This document shows positions 57,749-64,000 of a stretch of 64,000 nt of DNA, in pieces. A program made the translations under genes and the position numbers. The stretch spans positions 26,574-90,573 of the forward strand of contig JAUIDI010000011.1 in the NCBI GenBank assembly GCA_030428705.1, read 5' to 3'. The notes beneath the pieces were generated by a model. That model saw nothing but the letters and a program-made list of their open reading frames with translations, did no database searches and was not told where the DNA came from. The DNA comes from Bacteroidia bacterium (GTDB lineage: Bacteria > Bacteroidota > Bacteroidia > Flavobacteriales > Flavobacteriaceae). Numbering within the stretch: position 1 is the stretch's first letter; each line of letters starts with the position of its first letter.

Positions 57749-60046
57749 CTAGTCTTTTAGCTCAAATGCTATTATTTCGTTCGGTTCCGTTCGTATCGAA
57801 ATGATGGAATCACCGATCATTTCAAACTTGGAAGTACATTCAAAGCCCGTATCGAGAAACGGATTTTTCAATTTCAATATTCCACCTCTTTCAGATCGGA
57901 TCATTATCTTTTTGACAACACCGTCTTTTAAAGCGGCCGAGACCATAAATGCACCTTCCGCCCTTAAATTTTCAAAAGAGGTATCTTTCCAATCGACCGG
58001 AACGGCTGGAAAAACATGGATCATTCCCGTATGGCTCTGTAGCAACATTTCCTGAAGGCCGGCGGCAAAAGCAAAATTTCCTTCCAAGGTAAAAGGGCGA
58101 TAAGTAAAATCGGAATACCCTTTTCCGGACTGGTCGCCGTTGACATGAAAACTGTTCGGTAGGCAAAAACTCGTCGCGAATATTTTTAAGGCTTCCGCCG
58201 CACCGTTTCCATCAAATGCCCGGGCCTTCATATTCGCCAGCCAACTAAAGGAGTAGCCGACCCATGCCGAAGAACCTTTTTCATCCAAAGTGTTTATGGT
58301 CTGCAGAATGGTTTTCCTGTCATTTTCCCCTTTCGAGAAATCAATGATTCCCAAGGGATGGTACCCGATCTGGTGCGAAAAATGCCGATGCGATTCTTGA
58401 TAAGCGGCTCCGGGTGCAAACAGGAGTCCAGATTTATCGTCAGTGGCCAACGAGGGCCATTCTGCGTATATTTTTTTCCATTTATCGGCATCTTCATTTT
58501 CCCCTAGTTCTTTGGCAAGTTCCGCCGCTTTTTCGTACGTCCATAGAATCAAGGCCAAATCGAAATTGGTGGTTTCGCCGAACCAAGCTTCCCTACTGTT
58601 ATTATGGATTTCAGGACTCGAACTTATGGGCAATTTGCGTTGTCCATTTTCGCCCCTCTTTGAAATGGCATCGAGGTAAATGGCGACATCTTTTATCCAG
58701 GGATAAGCTTTTTCCTTTAAAAACCTCCTATCCATGGAATAACGCCAGTGCAGGTAAAAATGATGTGCGAGCCAAGCCGACACGGTAGGCCCGAAGGAAT
58801 ATTGAATCCATCCGCCCATAGGGTCTCCGGTCAAGGTGGTCACACCGGGCACGTTGAGACCCTCGGCTTCATAATAGTCGGAAGTGTATTTTTTAAAGGT
58901 ATCGCGACACTTCCATAGCCAGTTTATGAAGCCCGTTTCCTCGGTCAGGTGATTGCCCGAATAGGCCGGCCAATAACTGAGTTGCGTATTGAGATCGTGA
59001 TGGAAATCGCCTTTCCACGGGGGCAGTTTTCCATTGTCGGCCGTCCAAACCGCCTGCAATGAAATAGGAGGTGCCGTAGCACGCGCTACCGAACCAAATT
59101 TGTATTGTTCGAGGTACCACTGTTTTTCTAAAATTTCATCGGGAATTGCCAAAGATGATTTTGACCAGAATCCATTCCACCAAGCATTATGGGATTTAAA
59201 GGCATTTGTAAAATCTTGTTGTTTTTGTTGAAGAACGATATCCACGGCCCGAGATGCTTTTTCGGACGGATATTCGGCACTGATGCTCCAAATTCCGGTA
59301 AGGGATTCCGGCTCCATTTCCTGTGCCATATGAACCTGATATTTGAAGCCGCCCCATCCCTCTTGAAGATAAGTTGCGGAATTGTCGTTTTTTGAGCTTT
59401 TTCCTTGGGGATATTCTAGCCTTCGAAGATCTTGGCCGGTCACAGGATTGTCCTCAAGACTTTCTCCCGGGGTATTATAGACTGGGGGAACCAATTCAAA
59501 GGGTAGGGATTTCGTAAGACCCTCAAAACGATACGATCCAATGGGTTCGGTGGCATGAACGAAGGTCAAAAGGCGCACTCCGTTTTTCCACTTGACCTCG
59601 CAAATGGCATTTTTTATGTACAAATGTACATAGGCCACTTCTCCCAAGGATGAAATATCGAACTCCAAGGCCGCTCCCGGAATTTTCGACGGGGCCGGAC
59701 TTTTATCGTAGGGTACATCGAACCGATCTTGAACTTCTTTGTAGGTGTTATTTTTCCATTGTTCGTATACCCAACTGTATTTCCATTCTTGGGTTTTGAG
59801 ATTTTCCATGGGGCGAAGGTCCCAAAGATCCGCACGATCTAGTGAAAAGCGGAGTTTGCCTTCTTTTTTCCAAATGAGGGCACCCAACATACCATTGCCC
59901 AAGGGGATGGCCTCGTCCCAAGTGTCGGCCAAATTTTCAAAGTGCAGGTCGTGGGGCGATTCTTGAAGATCGATCGGGGTTTGACCAGACAGATTATAGG
60001 TAACAATAAAAATGAATAGGGTCAGAATTTTGCTTAGGTAGTCCAT
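57749..60046 (-). CDS. GH95-like glycoside hydrolase (alpha-L-fucosidase family-like), secreted
   Basis: Signal peptide. N-terminal WDEAIPLGNGMLGALIW resembles the GH95 N-terminal signature. 765 aa. Confidence 0.65.
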   Translation of the reverse strand: MDYLSKILTLFIFIVTYNLSGQTPIDLQESPHDLHFENLADTWDEAIPLGNGMLGALIWKKEGKLRFSLDRADLWDLRPMENLKTQEWKYSWVYEQWKNNTYKEVQDRFDVPYDKSPAPSKIPGAALEFDISSLGEVAYVHLYIKNAICEVKWKNGVRLLTFVHATEPIGSYRFEGLTKSLPFELVPPVYNTPGESLEDNPVTGQDLRRLEYPQGKSSKNDNSATYLQEGWGGFKYQVHMAQEMEPESLTGIWSISAEYPSEKASRAVDIVLQQKQQDFTNAFKSHNAWWNGFWSKSSLAIPDEILEKQWYLEQYKFGSVARATAPPISLQAVWTADNGKLPPWKGDFHHDLNTQLSYWPAYSGNHLTEETGFINWLWKCRDTFKKYTSDYYEAEGLNVPGVTTLTGDPMGGWIQYSFGPTVSAWLAHHFYLHWRYSMDRRFLKEKAYPWIKDVAIYLDAISKRGENGQRKLPISSSPEIHNNSREAWFGETTNFDLALILWTYEKAAELAKELGENEDADKWKKIYAEWPSLATDDKSGLLFAPGAAYQESHRHFSHQIGYHPLGIIDFSKGENDRKTILQTINTLDEKGSSAWVGYSFSWLANMKARAFDGNGAAEALKIFATSFCLPNSFHVNGDQSGKGYSDFTYRPFTLEGNFAFAAGLQEMLLQSHTGMIHVFPAVPVDWKDTSFENLRAEGAFMVSAALKDGVVKKIMIRSERGGILKLKNPFLDTGFECTSKFEMIGDSIISIRTEPNEIIAFELKD

Positions 60047-60136
60047 GCCCTAAACTAATGACAATTTGCGAAACCGCAAATACTTATTGTGCTATTGTTG
60101 GACGGTAATTCCTCTTTCTTAGGAACAATAACCCAT

Positions 60137-61828
60137 TTAAGAACCAAGTTCTACAAAAAGTCCTTCATCAGTCTTTTCAACCTTGGCCAAATTGTTCTTG
60201 GTCAATTCTTTAATGGATTTGTCCCATTTTTTATTCGAAAGTCCGGACTGTTCCTTTAAAGCGTTCAAAGGAAGTTTTTCGGCTTTTTTCAAAGATTCAA
60301 AAACTATTTTGGCGTCATCGCTAAGATCTATTTGTTTGCGCTCGGGTCGCATCTGCGGGAAGAACAATACCTCTTGTATCGATGAATTATTGGTCAATAG
60401 CATGACCAAACGGTCGATTCCGATACCGATTCCGGAGGTCGGTGGCATACCATATTCAAGTGCGCGAAGAAAATCCTGATCGATGAACATGGCCTCGTCA
60501 TCTCCTTTTTCCGAAAGTTTCAATTGTTCTTCAAACCGTTCGCGTTGATCGATAGGGTCGTTCAGCTCTGAATAGGCATTGGCCAATTCCTTACCGTTGA
60601 CCATCAATTCGAAACGTTCAGTCAATGAAGGATTCGAGCGATGCTCTTTCGTCAACGGACTCATCTCCTTAGGGTAGTCGATGATAAATGTAGGCTGAAT
60701 GTAGTGGTGCTCACATTTTTCGCCAAAAATTTCATCGATGAGCTTACCGACACCCATACTGTCGTCGACTTCGATGCCCAGATTTTTGGCCGTTTCCCTT
60801 AATTCGTTTTCACTCATTCCGGATACATCGATACCCGTATGTATTTTGATGGCCTCCAAAATAGGAACCCTCGGATATGGCGCCTTGAACTCGATTTCAT
60901 GTTCACCGACCTTGACCTTGGTACTTGCGTTGGCATCGATGGCCACCTTTTCAAGCAATTGTTCGGTCGTGTCCATCATCCAATTGTAATCCTTATAGGC
61001 CACGTAGAGTTCCATTACCGTAAACTCGGGGTTATGGGTTCGGTCCATTCCCTCGTTGCGGAAATCCTTTGAGAATTCATAAACCCCATCGAATCCGCCT
61101 ACAATCAACCGTTTCAGATAAAGTTCGTTGGCAATGCGCAAATACAAAGGAATGTCAAGCGCATTGTGGTGCGTTAAAAACGGACGTGCCGCGGCACCTC
61201 CGGGAATGGGCTGTAAAATCGGTGTTTCGACTTCTAGATACCCCCTTTCATTATAGAATTCGCGAATACTGTTGGTAATCTTGGTCCGTTTGATGAAGGT
61301 CTCCTTGACCTTCGGATTGACGATCAAATCCACATAGCGTTGGCGATATCGCAATTCCGGGTCATTAAATTCATCGTAGACGTTTCCTTCTGCATCTTTT
61401 TTAGGCAATGGCAATGGCCTGAGCGATTTGCTCAGCAGCGAAAAACTTTTGACCAAAACCGTTTTTTCCCCGACTTGGGTCGTGAAAAGTTCACCCTCGA
61501 CACCAATAATATCACCGATGTCGAGCAATTTTTTATAGACTTCGTTGTATCGGGTCTTGTCTTCCCCCGGGCAGATTTCGTCACGGTTAAAGTAGACTTG
61601 AATACGGCCTTCAGTATCCTGCAATTCGGCAAAAGAGGCTTTTCCCTGAATCCTACGGGACATCAATCGACCGGAAATAATGACTTTTTTTCCTTCGGAA
61701 TAATCATTTTTGATACTCTTTGAAGTGGCATCTACAGGGTAAAGCGCAGCAGGATATGGATCGATGCCCATTTCCCGCAACTTGTTCAATTTCTCCCTTC
61801 TTACGATTTCTTGTTCCGAAAGTTGCAT
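60137..61828 (-). CDS. lysS: lysine--tRNA ligase (class II) with ~65-aa C-terminal extension
   Basis: OB-fold N-domain. Class II motifs ([26 protein letters not shown]). Confidence 0.95.
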   Translation of the reverse strand: MQLSEQEIVRREKLNKLREMGIDPYPAALYPVDATSKSIKNDYSEGKKVIISGRLMSRRIQGKASFAELQDTEGRIQVYFNRDEICPGEDKTRYNEVYKKLLDIGDIIGVEGELFTTQVGEKTVLVKSFSLLSKSLRPLPLPKKDAEGNVYDEFNDPELRYRQRYVDLIVNPKVKETFIKRTKITNSIREFYNERGYLEVETPILQPIPGGAAARPFLTHHNALDIPLYLRIANELYLKRLIVGGFDGVYEFSKDFRNEGMDRTHNPEFTVMELYVAYKDYNWMMDTTEQLLEKVAIDANASTKVKVGEHEIEFKAPYPRVPILEAIKIHTGIDVSGMSENELRETAKNLGIEVDDSMGVGKLIDEIFGEKCEHHYIQPTFIIDYPKEMSPLTKEHRSNPSLTERFELMVNGKELANAYSELNDPIDQRERFEEQLKLSEKGDDEAMFIDQDFLRALEYGMPPTSGIGIGIDRLVMLLTNNSSIQEVLFFPQMRPERKQIDLSDDAKIVFESLKKAEKLPLNALKEQSGLSNKKWDKSIKELTKNNLAKVEKTDEGLFVELGS

Positions 61829-61867
61829 TTGATGTTAAATTAAGGGTGCAAATATAGGCAGTCTCGG

Positions 61868-62575
61868 TCAATCTTTCAATCTGGTGGAAATAATAGGGCC
61901 AATTCTGTCAACAAATAATTTATAGGCCTCTTTGGAAGGATGCAATCCATCGTTGGCAACCAACTCGGGTCTTTCAATGCCCTCACGGGAAATGTCCGTA
62001 ATATTTACAAAATGGACTTGCGAATCTTCGGCTATTTTTTTGGCGAACGCATTATATTCATCGATTTCCGAAGATATTTTTTGCCTGTCTTGATTTTGTC
62101 CAAAGGGCGTAAAACCCCAATCAGGAATGGAAACTACAATTACCCTTGACGAATTGCCATTGGCCAATCTAAGGGCATATGACAACAGCTTTGGAAATTC
62201 TTCCTCATACCTAACGAAAGGAATATCCTGATACTGATTGTTCACACCGATTAACAGCGTTACAAAATCATAGTAAGTGTTTAAATCAGCTGCTTCGATA
62301 GCATCCAATAGATTATCCGTTCGCCAACCAGTTCGGGCCAAGATTTGGGTTTGGACCTTGACACCCAAACTTTCCTCAAGACTTTTTTCAAGTTGTTTTG
62401 GGAAGCTTGATTTTGCGGGAATACTTTCACCGATCGTATAACTATCTCCGAGTGCCAAATATGAATAGGTCGGCCTGTCCATCCCAAGATTATTAAGGTT
62501 TTCATGAGGAATTATAGAATCGGCGGACTTCGAGCAGGAGAAAAAAACCAATATTGAGAATAATAATTTGCCCAT
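61868..62575 (-). CDS. SGNH/GDSL hydrolase family lipoprotein
   Basis: ATG 62575 gives MGKLLFSILVFFSCSKS. Block I LALGDSYTIGE, and DGLHPS near the C-terminus. Confidence 0.8.
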   Translation of the reverse strand: MGKLLFSILVFFSCSKSADSIIPHENLNNLGMDRPTYSYLALGDSYTIGESIPAKSSFPKQLEKSLEESLGVKVQTQILARTGWRTDNLLDAIEAADLNTYYDFVTLLIGVNNQYQDIPFVRYEEEFPKLLSYALRLANGNSSRVIVVSIPDWGFTPFGQNQDRQKISSEIDEYNAFAKKIAEDSQVHFVNITDISREGIERPELVANDGLHPSKEAYKLFVDRIGPIISTRLKD

Positions 62576-62737
62576 TATCTTATCAAAGGTATTTGAATTC
62601 AGATACACTTACGTAATTACCCGCGAAGGGTTTGCATTTCAGCCAATTGAACCTTATCAAAGATAAGCGATTGAAAGCGTAACAAAGCGAATGATTTTGC
62701 GTCATATAAATACATCAATCATCAAAATTCCAAATCA

Positions 62738-62893
62738 ATGAGTTTTATACGAGTTCTACTAGCTATAATTTTTCCACCGCTATCGGTAATTGGCAAAGGG
62801 TGCGGATCATTTTTGATCGTTCTTTTATTGACATTTTGTGGGTGGGTTCCAGGGGTTATCGCTGCACTGGTTATTTTGAACAATCCGAATTAG
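62738..62893 (+). CDS. YqaE/Pmp3 family small membrane protein (51 aa)
   Basis: Hand translation: MSFIRVLLAIIFPPLSVIGKGCGSFLIVLLLTFCGWVPGVIAALVILNNPN. The IFPPL...GWVPGVI pattern is typical of Pmp3/UPF0057. Below the ORF-track cutoff. Confidence 0.7.
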   Translation: MSFIRVLLAIIFPPLSVIGKGCGSFLIVLLLTFCGWVPGVIAALVILNNPN

Positions 62894-62912
62894 GGTTTGT
62901 ATCTTTGCACCG

Positions 62913-63629
62913 ATGAACAAGAAGGTGCATTTAGAGGATTTAGGCCTTAAGGACTACCAAGAAACTTGGGATTACCAAGAATTGCTTTTTCAACGAACGG
63001 TCGATCTTAAAATACGAAATAGAAGGGAGGCGGAACAACAAGAAACCCCCAACCATTTTTTGTTCGTAGAGCATCCACATGTGTACACTTTAGGAAAAAA
63101 TGGGGATATCGAGAACCTTTTGGTCGATGAAAGAGTTTTGCATGAAAAAGGAGCCAAATTCTATAAGATCAACCGGGGAGGCGATATTACGTACCACGGG
63201 CCGGGACAGATCGTGGGCTACCCAATTATTGATCTTGACAATTTTTTTACCGACATTCACAAATACCTTCGTTTATTGGAGGAAATGGTCATTTTGACCT
63301 TGGCCGAATATGGACTTAAAGGAGAGCGTTCGGAGGGTGAAACAGGGGTTTGGCTTGATGTAGGCACTCCCTTTGCCAGAAAAATCTGTGCGATGGGTGT
63401 ACGGGCAAGTAGATGGGTTACCATGCACGGTTTTGCATTGAACGTAAATACCGACCTGGGCTATTTTGATATGATGATTCCCTGTGGGATCAAGGACAAG
63501 GCGGTAACTTCCTTAAACGTGGAATTGGGGAGAAATAAAGTTGATTTGATGGAAGTCAAACAAAAGTTGTTATATCATTTTGAAGCCCTTTTTAAAGCGA
63601 AGATCATAAAAGAAAAAAACCTGGTCTGA
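62913..63629 (+). CDS. lipB: lipoyl(octanoyl) transferase
   Basis: FVEHPHVYTLGKNG, RGGDITYHGPGQIVGYPI, KICAMGVR. Confidence 0.95.
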   Translation: MNKKVHLEDLGLKDYQETWDYQELLFQRTVDLKIRNRREAEQQETPNHFLFVEHPHVYTLGKNGDIENLLVDERVLHEKGAKFYKINRGGDITYHGPGQIVGYPIIDLDNFFTDIHKYLRLLEEMVILTLAEYGLKGERSEGETGVWLDVGTPFARKICAMGVRASRWVTMHGFALNVNTDLGYFDMMIPCGIKDKAVTSLNVELGRNKVDLMEVKQKLLYHFEALFKAKIIKEKNLV

Positions 63630-63645
63630 GCCGGGTTTTTTTCTT
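63615..63645 (+). terminator. terminator-like hairpin overlapping the lipB stop
   Basis: AAAACCTGG-tctgag-CCGGGTTTT (one G-U pair) followed by a T-run. Confidence 0.45.
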
Positions 63646-63659
63646 TTATGGCAGCATGA

Positions 63660-64000
63660 TTATTTACTGAACTTCGTAAGTTCGGTCGTGCTCATGAGAT
63701 TTCCATTCTTTTTATAAGTTTCTTGTTTTACCATTCCCACTCCTTCGGCCAACCATAGCTTCGAATTCATTTCTTGGGTGGCTCCCATGGTCTTGGAGCG
63801 TGTCGTTTCGGTAATCACATAACAGTCGAATGTTCCTGCCGCCGTTGTAACACTCTCTTTGTTTTTGACCATTCTTTCTGTCTGATTGACCTCCATTTTC
63901 ATTTTAATACCGCTCATATTCATCGAAACGGAAATATTGGCATCATCCAGCCCTTGTCCGACCGTCAAATTGTTTGGTAATTCGATATCGGTTCCCGAAA
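63660..64000 (-). CDS. hypothetical protein (N-terminus probably outside window)
   Basis: The reading frame stays open to the window edge beyond the track start at 63968. No family recognised. Confidence 0.45.
   Translation of the reverse strand, partial: SGTDIELPNNLTVGQGLDDANISVSMNMSGIKMKMEVNQTERMVKNKESVTTAAGTFDCYVITETTRSKTMGATQEMNSKLWLAEGVGMVKQETYKKNGNLMSTTELTKFSK

Noticed and set aside
60137-60340. Idea that the lysS C-terminal extension is a KTSC domain related to the stand-alone KTSC gene at 1-204
   Set aside because: The LysRS tail (..[56 protein letters not shown]) looks helical and winged-helix-like. It shares no IEFxxGxxYxY..SKG pattern with the KTSC fragment.

Overview
This 64-kb window reads like a chromosome segment from a marine Flavobacteriaceae (Bacteroidota). 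That is inferred only from gene content: lipoprotein-type signal peptides, PSCyt/DUF1549/DUF1553/DUF1501 genes, CE15- and GH95-like enzymes, and Bacteroidota-style mobilization genes. No database search was possible, and all family calls are motif recognition by eye. Bases 1 to about 16.9 kb look accessory. They hold an AT-rich run of orphan and DUF genes (KTSC, DUF2130, alpha/beta hydrolase, pRiA4b-ORF3-like, unknowns, isochorismatase). Next comes a mobilization module (HTH, MobC-like, relaxase) with a hairpin-rich non-coding stretch, then an IS1182-type insertion sequence. After that is a minus-strand operon-like cluster of AraC, a Kelch lipoprotein, a paralogous lipoprotein, a vanadium-haloperoxidase/PAP2-like enzyme and a DUF998 protein. 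This block ends at the 3' side of an initiator-type tRNA-Met. From 17 kb onward the content is mostly core: AGCS symporter, era, der, alaS, hemL, lysS, lipB, a LemA-TPM-TPM operon, MerR plus an M23 peptidase, and others. Interspersed are an ECF sigma / TPR anti-sigma-like / TPR-CHAT protease operon and a planctomycete-type cluster of exported proteins (CxxCH-LRR, TIM barrel, DUF1501, PSCyt-DUF1549-DUF1553, GH95-like). Non-genic oddities include a perfect 12-copy heptamer array between der and a TPM gene, a GC-rich palindromic in-frame block inside the GSCFA gene, and a ~970-bp gene-poor region with an orphan intrinsic terminator. I saw no rRNA genes and no CRISPR array. No single locus can be declared a new system from sequence alone. 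The best candidates are the sigma/CHAT operon, the haloperoxidase-lipoprotein operon and the DUF2130-centred cargo string.
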